A DNA stretch of 64,000 nt from the human T2T-CHM13v2.0 reference genome, Homo sapiens, in the NCBI RefSeq assembly GCF_009914755.1, contig NC_060942.1; one strand, written 5' to 3'. The notes beneath the pieces are model-generated. The model ran no database searches, was not told the DNA's origin, and saw only the letters and a program-made list of their open reading frames with translations. Shown here in pieces: positions 52,421-64,000 of this stretch; within the stretch, counting starts at the first letter, position 1, and each line of letters starts with the position of its first letter. The translations under genes and the position numbers were made by a program.

Positions 52421-54011
52421 AGAATTTTCTTCTCAATGGAGGAAGGGCCAGAAGTTAGGATACAACTCCTGCCCCAAACCCCTCTGCCAGGTCCTACCTT
52501 TGTTTGCCTAGGCTTTGTGGGTACCTTACCTAGATGTTCCAGAGAAGAGGCCCTGGTCCTTGGAAAACCTTGTGTTGCCCATGGGAGGAAGAAGAGATAA
52601 GATTTTACCGAAAGGAATGAATATACAGAAGCTGTGTGACTTTTTCTATAGGTTGCAGTTACGATATTTTCCTGGAAATGCACAATTCAGTTGTAGACTA
52701 TAACAGAGTGCCATTAAAGAGAGGCTTCAACATAGTCCAGGTTACATGGGAGCCCAGGGAGAAAATGTGTGTCAGCAAAGGGCAAAACTTAACTTGAAGA
52801 GGGAGCATTTGGGAATGACTTCAAGGGCCAGGGTCAGCACCAGGAAGCCCGGAGCTGAAATACAAGCCAAGTTAACCTGGAGAAACGCGCACAGTTGGGT
52901 ACACCAAACTCAAAGCTTTAGAAGCTAGAAAATAAAGACACGGGGTCTAAACTGGAGGAAGCTGCCAGGAGTGAGATAAGGCAGGATGCACCATAATAAA
53001 GATAAGCAGACAAGGACAGAAAGAGAACATGATACCCAAGATGCATTTTGAGAGACTGCAGGCCCATTTGGGCCAGGGAAGTAGCAAAGGGGTGAGGGAG
53101 ATCCCAGGCTAAAAGAGTGGAGTGCCACTGAGTATGTACCTTTCCTCTCCCGCAGCCAGGAACCTGAGACCTAAGCAGGTCTCAGAGACAAGACGGTGGA
53201 CTGATCCGATGTTGGTTCAGTGCAGTGTAGACATAATCACAGCAGCTTGAGTACAGCACGGAGAAGCAAGAGAGCTCCTTGGAAGACAGATCTGGGTCTA
53301 AAAAGGTCAACTCAGGTGACGCAAGGTCAAGATCTTGAAGTGAGTCAGGTGTTAGGATTTAACTCATGGGGCTATTCTTTGAGCTGAAGACTTCTCACAT
53401 TCCCATTCCTTCCACTTGACTAGGCTGCTGCCCAGGCCGGGGCTGTGTGCTGGAGGCCCTCACGTTTATGGTGAAGGCGGAAGCCATCAAGGAGCATTAA
53501 TCTGGTTACCGGACAAAATGGGAGATTAGGAGTGGGTTAGAACATTACTTATTGATTTTCTTTTCACTTTCATTTTGAAATGATTATAGATGCCCCAAAA
53601 GTTGCAAAATTAGTACAGAGAGGTGCTGTGTGCTCCAGCTCCCCAACAGGCAACGTGTGACACAACTATGGTACCTGACCACAGCCAGAAAATCACATTG
53701 GCACAATAGACCTCAGATCTACCAACACATACTCATTCGCGCACGTCTGTACGGTTCTGGGTAATTTTGTCCCATGTGCAAATTTGTGCAACCACCCCCA
53801 CAGTCAAGGTACAGAACTCTCTGTCACCACAAAGATCTCCTGGCCACCCCTTTTAAATTACAACCTTCCATTTTAGTCAAATCTATGCTGACTGAGGTTT
53901 GCGAATAAAGACCTAAGTGACAGGAATAACACCAAAAAATAAGTTTGTGTAGGAGGAGGGAATTATACAATGGCTAAAAAGGGCTGGGCCCCGCCTCTCC
54001 TCTCCCCGGAG

Positions 54012-54198
54012 ATGCAGGTCCTGCTGGGGTGGAGCTGCTCCCTGGTCACCCTATTTGCGGTGGCCGCTCTGGCATACATGGTGGATGACTCCTCTGCTTC
54101 CTCTCTAGTAGCTGCAGCTCTCTACCAAGCCCTCCACCGGACCCTGTGGGCGGCGGCTGTGGGCTGAGTCCTCTTTGCGTGCCACGGAGGATATGGAG
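54012..54198 (+). pseudogene. OACYLP: Exon L with premature stop: [61 protein letters not shown]
   Basis: Pyrimidine tract ends in GAG (54009-54011); alternative in-frame CAG at 54015-54017; gtatgg donor at 54199; phase 0 to 1. TGA at 54165-54167 lies inside the R..W.....W.I.AC..G.GG motif. Confidence 0.88.
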
Positions 54199-55573
54199 GT
54201 ATGGAAGCGGCTCCAGGCTTTGCTGTCGGGTTCACACCCTGTTCCTTTAAAGGTGACAAATCGAACACACAGGGTGTGTACCGGAGTGATTTCTGTTTTC
54301 TGGAGTGGTTGATGAATGACTGATATTGATTCAAAAATATCAATTTCTCTCCATCCTTGGAAAAGACAAAGGATTTATGTATAAGATTTTTACATGGATT
54401 TATGCACAAGTGTGGGTTCTGAAAGAAGAACATGCAGCCTCTCCAATGCAGCTAGTTTAGAAGTTGGAAAGGGAATTCAGGCAGAGTAATGTCATGAGAA
54501 AAAAAAAAATCAGTGCTTGGGAGCACTGCCTTCCAGCCACAGCAGCTTGAGCCTTGGTTTCCCCATCCGAAGGTGTAGATGGGGAATGCTTGCCAGGATC
54601 CCCTTTGATAACTGAGTTGGCTTTCAACATGCAGAGAGCCAAGCAGATAAAAGGCTTCAATGGAAAAGAATCTTCTCCAGGTTAGAAGGGTGTATCCAAG
54701 TCACCTGATGCTTTTCTCCCCGTGATCTCTATTTGGCGAGAGGTAGGAACTGTGTGCTTGGGACGTCAGCAAACAACAGGGCAAGGCTGGCAGGAAGCTC
54801 CCAGAAGAGATTCTGGCCTCAAGCGACCCAAAGCCCTGACAGAGGAGCAGTGGATGTGGGGGGAGGCATGCCTGCTTCATACTCTAGGGAAATAACCCAT
54901 CAGGAGGAGTTTCAACTTAGCCTGTAAACCCACACCAGTCAGCCTCAGCAAAGGTGGTGGGAAATAATGATTTACCGGTAGCACTGACCACGCCAGACCT
55001 ATAATTAGCAATGAGAACAACCATGTCAGGAGAGAAAGCAACACAGTGAAAATCCCACAGCTGGTGAGTGGCTGAAGTAGAAAATGAACCCAGGTCCCAG
55101 CACGAAGTCCAAAGCCAGTGCTCTTCACTCCTAAGTGATAGCACTTTTCCCAGATGTTAATTAAAATGGTTCCTAAATTTTACAAGTATTTTAATATAAC
55201 GATGCTCTTTAATATTGTAATTTTAAAATGAGCCTTAATGATCTTTCATATTTTAATTTTAAAAGCTTTCCCTTATATGGAAAAGTGATACTAAAGAGGA
55301 AATGGACTGCGTTCTCTCTGACTGATGTATTTGCATTTATGGGAAACTCTGGGATATGTTACCACAACCCTGCTGCCTCACCCCATGACCATGTCCCCGA
55401 GCTGTCATAGAGCCTCATAAACAACTACTCTCCGTGGCCTGGCACAGGCCATTTATAATGTTGCAAACATCACAGTATTCCTCTCTACTGTGAGAGCTGC
55501 TGCTGTTTATCAAAAATAACTGGCTAACAAATGATATTAGAGAGGAATGACTTAGGTGAAGTTACAAGATTAA

Positions 55574-56451
<878 letters not shown>

Positions 56452-57665
56452 CTAGCTGATGATCTTTAGAAAAAAATAAGAGTTTGAATAAGAAGAAATG
56501 TTTAGTTGAGACTTTCAGGACTAGAAAGGATCTTGATGATTCAATGAATCTTTAACCATCTTTGCTTGGTAGCAATGTTGACCATGCTGGTCTTGTTATG
56601 CTCAAAGTTGTCTTCTGTTGAGCTGCCAGAGTCATCTGACCACATTACTCCTTCAGTTAAAGCCCTTCAGTGGTGGTCTGTCACCTACAGCTTTCGTCCT
56701 CAAACTTAAGTATATGTGGGCCTATTCTAAAGAAATAAGAATTATTTTGGATTCTTGGTGTTGGCTCAACTTATTTTTATTCTTATTTTTTCAATGCTTT
56801 TTTTTTCCTGGGAACATAGATTCAAGTTACCCTGACTATCTGCTCTTATTTTTGGTCCAATTTTGCCTAAACATGAACAAACATAAACCTAGATACAAAA
56901 TTTTATGTTTATAGCACATGCATTCAGAAAGCCAAAACAAATTTATGAAGTAATCATAAAACTATAAAACCAATAAAATCTGCATTAGCAACATTAATAT
57001 GATATGATGAACAGTTGCTGGAATCACCTGTGGCTCATAATATGAACACAGTATTGTTTGCTTTAGGGCGCGTTCTTTTGTGTTTGGCTTATCTGCGTGA
57101 GCATGGATTCTTTGCTGACTTCATTCTTCTACAATTACTTTGTTTTGTTCTACAGTGAAACTGTGGTTTACCTTTTATAGCCTTCACTTGGGGGAAAAGC
57201 GTCTTTTGTCTGTAAGTCCATCTGTGTTTATTCACTTAATTACATAAAATACTTCTTGAATGCTTATTCTATGCCAGGTACTGTTCTAGAATCTGGGGAT
57301 ACAGCAATAGACAAGAAAAATCCTTCCCTTGCGAGAGATTACAGTAGGGTCGGGGGAAGTTTAAATATAGTGAATAAAGATAAAGCAGGGATTAGTGGGT
57401 AACTAACTGGACTAGGGGTACATTTGCAAAGATGTGGTATGAAAGCATTCTGGGCAGATGGAATGTGAAGGCAGAGGTCTCTAGACTGGAACGAGCTTAG
57501 TGGCTTGGAGGAAGAGCAAAATGACCAGTGAGATAGGAACCAAGGGTCAAGGGGGAGAGAGAGGTGGGAAGGGAACTCAGAGAGGAGGGTAGGACCCAGG
57601 TTAGGCAGAGCTTTCAAGGCCATGGGAAGAGTTTGGATTTTATTTTAAATGCCACATCACATGAA

Positions 57666-59110
57666 GTCTTAGTCCATTTCAGCTACTATAACAAAAATAA
57701 AGCCCCATAAATGAGGTGGCTTAAAAACAACAGAAATTTATATCTCACAGTTCTGGAGCTGGGAGGTCTAAGATCAAGGCACCAGCAGATTTAGTGTTTG
57801 GTGAAGGCCTGCTTTCTGGTTCTTAGCTGGAACTTTCTAGATGTGTCCTCACATGGCGGAAGGGTAGGGCTGTCTCTCTGGGGTCGCTTTTATAAGAGCA
57901 CTGATACCATTCCTGAAGGCCCAGCCCTCGTGAACTAATTGCCTCTCCAAAGACTCCACCTCTTGATACTAACACCTTGGGGATTAGGATCTCAACATAT
58001 GAATTTTGGGGGAATGTAAACACTCAGATCATAGCCCATGATTTGATTTGTGGATTTGTAAAATTTATTTTCAAATGGACAAATAATAACTGTATTTATG
58101 GGGTACAATGTGATGTTTTGGTATATGTATACCTAGTAGAAAGATGAAATCAAGTTAATTAACATAGGCATCACTTCACCAAGTTATCTCTTTTTTGTGG
58201 TAAGAATGTTAAGAATCTTTTCTTTTAGCCATTGAAAAATATCCAGTACATTATTATTAACTGTGGTCACTATGCAGTGCAATAGATCACTAAAACTTAC
58301 TCCATCGGTTTAACTGAAACTTTGTACGCTTTGATCAATATCTCCCCCTTCCCCATTTCTCCCTGATATGTGATTTTAAAAGATTACTCTGGATGTGGTG
58401 TGGGGACTATAAGGTGGCAAGAACAAGAGCAGAGACCAACAGATCCACTGGGAAGCTACCATGGAGGCCCACGCAGGAGGTGATGGAAGATTCACGAGGG
58501 TGTTAGCCATGGAGGTGAGGAGCAATGGTCTGATTTGAGACATATTTTTGGAAGCACTCTATGGAGTCTGGAATGAAAGGAGTCTGGGAAGGCTCCAAAG
58601 ATTTATCCTGAGCAAATTGTGATTCACTACTGAGCACTTTTAATGAGGCTTGTGCAAAGGAGAAACAGAAGTTATATTTTATATCTGTGGCTTAAAACAA
58701 CAGAAATTTTTTTCTCTCACAGTTCTGGAGGCTAGCTGTTCAAAATCGAAGTGTCAGCAGGGTTGGTTCCATCTGGATTTTCTGAGGGAGAATCTGTCCC
58801 ATCCCCTCTCCTAGCCTCTGGTAGCTGCTGGCAAGCCTTGGCATTCCTTGGCTCATGGACTCTTCACTCCAGTCTCTGTCTTCGTCATCACATGGTTCTC
58901 TTCCTTGTGTCTCTCCTCTGCATTTGTGTCTCCTTTTCTGTCTCTTATAAGGACATTTGTCATTGGGTTTAGGGTCCACCCTAATCCAGGATGATCTCAT
59001 CTCTAGTTCTTTCTCTTAATGACATCTGCAAAGACCCTTATTCCAAATAAGGTTACATTCTGAGGTTCTGGGTGGACATATCTTTTGAAAGATCACTATG
59101 CAACTCACTA
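57666..59110 (-). mobile_element. Two MLT1-type MaLR LTRs (57666-58036, 58686-59110) plus an L1 fragment nested in an L2
   Basis: gtggcttaaaacaacagaaattt...tctcacagttctggag hallmark in both. Confidence 0.7.
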
Positions 59111-59640
59111 GAGATAGCAATAAGTCCTATTCAGAAAGGAAGTTTTCATTGCATTTAATTTTAATTCAGTTAAATAGCCACAAGTGGCTAGGGGCTATTG
59201 TCTGGGACAACACAGTTCTAGAATATATACCAAGTTACAGAATATTTGTCCTGAAAGGCACCTACAAATGCAAGCCTCTCACTGACAGAAGAGTTTGAGG
59301 CCTGGCAATGTTAAATGCCTTATCCCAACGCCCCCCTGTGGCTGCATCTTGATCCAGAACCCAGGTGAATATGAGGAATTTTTACCTTGTTTTATACATG
59401 CAATGTTTTATGCTCAGGGGCTGAAACCATGTATCTCTCTTGTGTTATCATAATTCTTGCAACAGAAAGGTGGTTTTTGGTTTGGTACATTGTCTTAAAA
59501 TGATAACGCATAAAGACTTTCTTAGGAAAAGTTCACAGACTTAGGCACAGAATGCAATGGGAGCATCGATGGGATGATGGGCATCTTCACTGGCCCAGAG
59601 ACAGGCTGTGGCTTCATGCATCAGTGCTTGTTCCCTCCAG

Positions 59641-59783
59641 GTCTGGTGAACCGTGTGCTTTCTTGGGACATCTGGAGTTTCCTGTCCAGCATCAGTTATG
59701 CTCGCTACTTGGTGCATCCGATTCTGATCATCCTTTACAATGGCCTTCAGGAAACACTTATTCACCACACTGACACCAACATG
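59641..59783 (+). pseudogene. OACYLP: Exon M: [48 protein letters not shown]
   Basis: ttccctccag acceptor, gtgagt donor, 143 nt, phase 1 to 0; LS..SY..YL.H motif. Confidence 0.9.
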
Positions 59784-60110
59784 GTGAGTTAGCACGCAGC
59801 TCCTAGTTCTGTTACGGTAGGTTATGGTATCATAGCTTGTTCTCTTCTTGAGCAACAAGGCAACCTATTTGCTTTCGTGGAAGTCTTTTTTTTTTTTTAA
59901 GAGCTTCATTGTTCTTTGCTTTATTTGTGGCAGAAAGAGGGAGGGCTTCAGCACAGGATAATATCTTTTATTTTATTTATTTTATTTTTAATATGTAGCA
60001 CTGATTGTCCTACAGATGCATTTCATAGAGCTAGGATGGTACACTTTAGATCTGAACACAATAGGAATCCCAGAGTAAAACTGTGTTCACCCTGCCCACT
60101 TTCTCTCCAG

Positions 60111-60233
60111 TTCTATCTTTTCTCTGGACACCGTGTGCTGACCTTCGTCACTGGGCTGGCCCTGACGCTGTTCATTGAGAAACCATGTCAGGAACTGAAG
60201 CAGCACCTGCTGGGCCATGAATGTTCTGGTTAA
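60111..60233 (+). pseudogene. OACYLP: Terminal coding exon N: [40 protein letters not shown]
   Basis: ttctctccag acceptor, phase 0, E.P motif, TAA at 60231-60233. Confidence 0.9.
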
Positions 60234-60440
60234 AACACAAAAGAATGGATGGGCCTTGTTGGTAATGACGAGCAAAGATGAGGTGGCCTTATCTAGGTGA
60301 TGAATGCTTGTATTCACGAGAAGGGGTGTGAATCTCATTTTGTGAAAGTTTAATATATACATTTTCTTTGCATTTAATATGTGAAAGAGTTCTTAGTGCT
60401 TATGATGTAAGAGAGTTCTCTAAATTTTTAGTAGCACAAT

Positions 60441-60446
60441 AATAAA
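60441..60446 (+). terminator. Putative polyadenylation signal of OACYLP
   Basis: AATAAA about 207 nt after the stop codon, with T-rich sequence downstream. Confidence 0.65.
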
Positions 60447-60468
60447 CTTCTGTTGTACCATTTTAGCA

Positions 60469-60492
60469 AACAACAACAACAACAACAACAAC
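60469..60492. repeat. (CAA)n microsatellite
   Basis: Seen directly, just past the poly(A) signal. Confidence 0.9.
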
Positions 60493-60809
60493 AGAAACTG
60501 GATTTCTTTTTGGTTTAAACTCCATTTGATTGTCTGTATCAATGATCACAGGAAATGATTAAATGTCGTGCATTTAATGTAATTTGGCTTATGAAGCTCA
60601 TTTGGGTTATGCTCTTCACTTTTCTCTGTAAAATTACAACATGCAGTATGCACTTTCCCACGACAGAATTGTTTATGTGTTATTATGGCGTCTTTGCAGA
60701 CTTGTAACTTTATCCTAGAACCTCAGTGGTATGACCCGCTAGCATGCATACTTCATGGGTCTGTCATTATAGGGCCTTTCAAATATCACCTATTCTTCAC
60801 CATAGTCCC

Positions 60810-61255
60810 TGTTTTGGACTGAATTGTATCCCCTCCCCCAAAAGCTCTGTTGAAGTCCTAACTCCCATTCCCTCAGAATGGGGCCTTATTTGGAGCCAGG
60901 GTCTTTATAGAGATAATGAAGTCCAACGAGGTCACTGGGGATGGAGATTCTAATCCAGTATGACTGGTGTCCTTATAATAAGCAGAAGTTTGGTCACGGA
61001 GACAGGCATACACACAGGGAAGACGATGTGAAGACCCAGGGAGAAGACAGTCATGTGCAAACCCAGGAACACCAAGGCAAACCCCAGAAACCGGGGGAGG
61101 TAAGGACAGAGTCTGCCCTGGAGCGGCCCGAGAAAGCATGGCCCCGTGGGACACCTCGATTTTGGACTTCTGGCCTCCAGAACTGTGAGATAATTCATGT
61201 CTGTTGTTTCAAGCCACCCAGTTTTTGGTACTTTGTCACAGCAGCCCTAGATAGA
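60810..61255 (+). mobile_element. MLT1B-like MaLR LTR
   Basis: tgttttggactgaattgtatcccc...aagccacccagtttttggtactttgtcacagcagccctag. Confidence 0.78.
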
Positions 61256-62599
61256 TGGATATCCCTATGCACCAACATAGGGCCTCAACAAAAACTAACA
61301 GAGAAGGAAGAGACCTCAGCCAGTGGTTTCCAGCCCAACCCCCTCAATTTGCAGCGATGAGACCTAGAGATGAGGAGAGACTCGCAAGGCCAAACAGAGA
61401 TGCTAGGATCCAGGCTCTCGGATGTGTGTTTTTTCTAGGTGTATAATTATGCATTAACTGTCTACAGTTATGGATTAATTAAGTCCATTCCATCGCTTAT
61501 AATAAAGCTCTTTGTGTACTTACTCATTAAAGTATTAACAACCGCAGGCTACAAGGTCCTTATTAGCGTGGGATGCGCCACATCTGAGGATGCTCTTTGC
61601 TGTCCAGTGCGTTTGCAAAGATGACCAATGTGGGTGGGGAGGGGAAGGCTGAACGTTTCACACACTCTGATGGCCACGGACAGCTAACCTTGGCCTTGCC
61701 AGCCAGCCACGGGGATCATCTCCCTGAGGATGATGAGATGAGAGACCTCATCTCCCTGAGGTCTGGTCCCTCTGCTGCAGAAGCCAACCTGAGGGAGTGG
61801 GGCGCCAAGGCTCAACAGCCGCGCTGTAAGAAGGCAGCCTAATTGGCTTTTCAGTGAACGCCGAAGTTCATCGAGTTCCTCGGGAGCCCCCTGGTGGCTT
61901 CTTTGGCACCTGAACCCTCTCACTTCGTTAGGCCTCCAAGGAGCTGTTGAGGACCAGTGGCATTTTCAGGGTAACACTGCCACATGGGTGGACTTCGGTG
62001 GGAGATGACTCACATGCCAACATCGTTCTGCAGCCAAATTGCCAAATGCTTCCAGTTATGAGGCCAGAAATCTGGGACCCGTGGAAGTAACTAGCTAATG
62101 ACTGACACAGCATTGGAAAGATTTTTTATAAGGGAAAAAACCCAACCCTCCTGCTGTTGTAATTTTATATAACATAAGGCAGGGTTAGAGAAATCCAGTT
62201 TTGTTCTGGGTTTGTTTCAATCTAGAATTCCCCGGAAGTTTAAGATTTATAGATTGTGTATACCTTATTTGGATTCTGAAACAAATTGTAAAAAAGTATT
62301 ATGATGTTTATAAGCCTGGAAATTTAAATACTGATTAGGTGATTTGATGATATTAAGGGCTGATTGCACTTTTTATGTAATAATGGTATTGTAGTTATAT
62401 ATTACTACATATATATACATACATTTATATCTCTTATCTTTTAGTTGCATACTAAAATATTTATGAACAAAATGATATAAAATCTGATATTTGCCTCAAA
62501 ACAATATTGGGTGGAACTGGCATAGATGAAATAAGACTGGCTATGTGGTTAATGTTTGAAGCTGGGTGATGGGTCCATGGAACCTCATGCTTTTTCTCT

Positions 62600-63197
62600 G
62601 TTTTCATTTTTATTGTTTTAGAGACAGAGTCTCGCTCTGTTGCCCAGGCTGGGGTGCAGTGCAATATCACACTGCAGCCTCAAACTCCTGGGCTCAAGTG
62701 ATCCTCCTGCCTCCGCCTCCCAAGTAGTTGGGCCTATAGGTGTGTGCTGCCATACCCAGCTAATTTTTTTTTTTTTTTTTTTTTTTTTGAGACAAGGTCT
62801 GGCTCTGTTGCCCAGGCTGGAGTGCTGGAGTGTAGTGGTGTGATCACAGCTCACTGCAACCTCTGCTTCCCAGGTTCAAGCAATCCTTCTGCCTCAGCCT
62901 CCCAAGTAGCTAGGATTACAGGCATGTGCCACCATGCCTGGCTAATTTTGGTATTTTTTGTAGAGATGGGGTTTCGTCATGTTGCTCAGACTGGTCTCGA
63001 ACTCCTGGGCTCAAGCAATCCACCCGCCTCGGCCTCCCAAAGTGCTAGGATTACAGGTTGTGAACAACCGCACCTGACCTCCCAGCTAATTTTTTTAAGT
63101 TCTTGGTAGAGATGGGGTCTTACTATGTTGCCTAGGCTGGTCTCCAACTCCTGGCCTCAAGGGATTCTTCTCCCTCAGCCTCCCAAAGAACTAGGAT
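62600..63197 (-). mobile_element. Nested Alus: inner Alu (~62765-63076) inserted in the A-rich linker of an outer AluJ
   Basis: Outer right arm 62600-62764, inner full dimer, outer left arm resumes ~63080; cccagctaattttttt duplicated. Confidence 0.85.
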
Positions 63198-63213
63198 TTT
63201 AAATACCTAGAGC

Positions 63214-63410
63214 AGGTATTTAAACCCCAGAAAATTCTGTAAAGGGGCTCTTGAGGCCCTATGCTCAGGCCACTCCCACCTTGGGGTGTCTACATTCATT
63301 TTCAATAAATTGCTGCTTTTGTTGCTTCATTCTTTCCTTGCTTTGTTTGTGCATTTTGTTCAATTCTTTGTTCAAAACACCAAGAACCTGGACACCCTCC
63401 GCTGGTAACA
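63214..63410 (+). mobile_element. MER41-family LTR, 3' fragment
   Basis: Ends ttgttcaattctttgttcaaaacaccaagaacctggacaccctccgctggtaaca, matching my recollection of the MER41 3' end; internal AATAAA. Confidence 0.75.
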
Positions 63411-64000
63411 CTTCTAGTAAAGCTCAAAGTTGAGAGGCCCCAGGGTCCTTGAAGGGATGAGAAGCCTTTAGAACTTTAGTCCCTAGACCCCAAGTGGGAT
63501 TTAAATCAATACTGCTTGTATATGCTGAGAGGCGGCCTCTTTTGGTGGCCTACTCACATTCATACCCCTTCTTCTTTCACTACACAAACCCTGATGTTGT
63601 TCCCTTATCAAGGTGCCCATACCAAGGGAAATCATCATATTTGGTAGAAACCAATAATGTGCCTCCTCTTTTTCTTTGCCAGTGACTGGTGCGGGTTTGG
63701 GTATGTGACCCAGCTCTGACCAATGACACACAAGGAGAAGTGCCCTGGGGACTTCTGGGAAAGATGGGCATGGCTGAAGAGGGGGGCGGACATCATGGAG
63801 AAAGTCCTTGTCTTTACCACCTTCAGCCTTGTCACGCTTCTAGATCGGTAAATGTGAAGAAGGACAAGCTTGATGCTCAGAGGCTGACAGAGCAGGATGT
63901 CTAGGCTGAGGGAAGCCAGGAGGATGGGGATTCTACGCTAAGATCAGAAGAGATCAGAAGAGTGAGGGCTGTGTGAATACCGCATCCTGGAGGCTGCCCG

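Noticed and set aside
54165-54167. TGA as selenocysteine or programmed readthrough
   Set aside because: Position corresponds to a family Trp (one-base change), context is TGA-G, and I see no SECIS-like element in the short 3'UTR.

Overview
Primate (human-like) genomic DNA, rich in Alu, L1, L2, MIR, MaLR-LTR and hAT elements. The ORF track is almost all repeat-derived noise. Hand-splicing gives one multi-exon locus on the + strand: 14 GT-AG exons from 10784 to a TAA at 60231-60233, with AATAAA at 60441. They encode about 639 codons of an NRF-6/NDG-4/Drop-dead-like protein (NRF domain plus Acyl_transf_3 membrane O-acyltransferase). I recognise it as the pseudogene OACYLP (ortholog of mouse Oacyl), so the locus itself is known. 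It is nearly intact: I find only a 1-bp insertion (~10831) and one TGG>TGA nonsense change (54165-54167), plus a degenerate GAG acceptor. The 5'-most exon(s) were not found in the window. Other notable structures: a solo HERV-H LTR7-family LTR whose target-site duplication is a splice donor, a ~265-bp inverted duplication, a palindromic 40-bp minisatellite inside an L2, and a fold-back junction fusing an Alu to a MER41 LTR. Repeat subfamily calls are from memory of consensus sequences and their boundaries are approximate.
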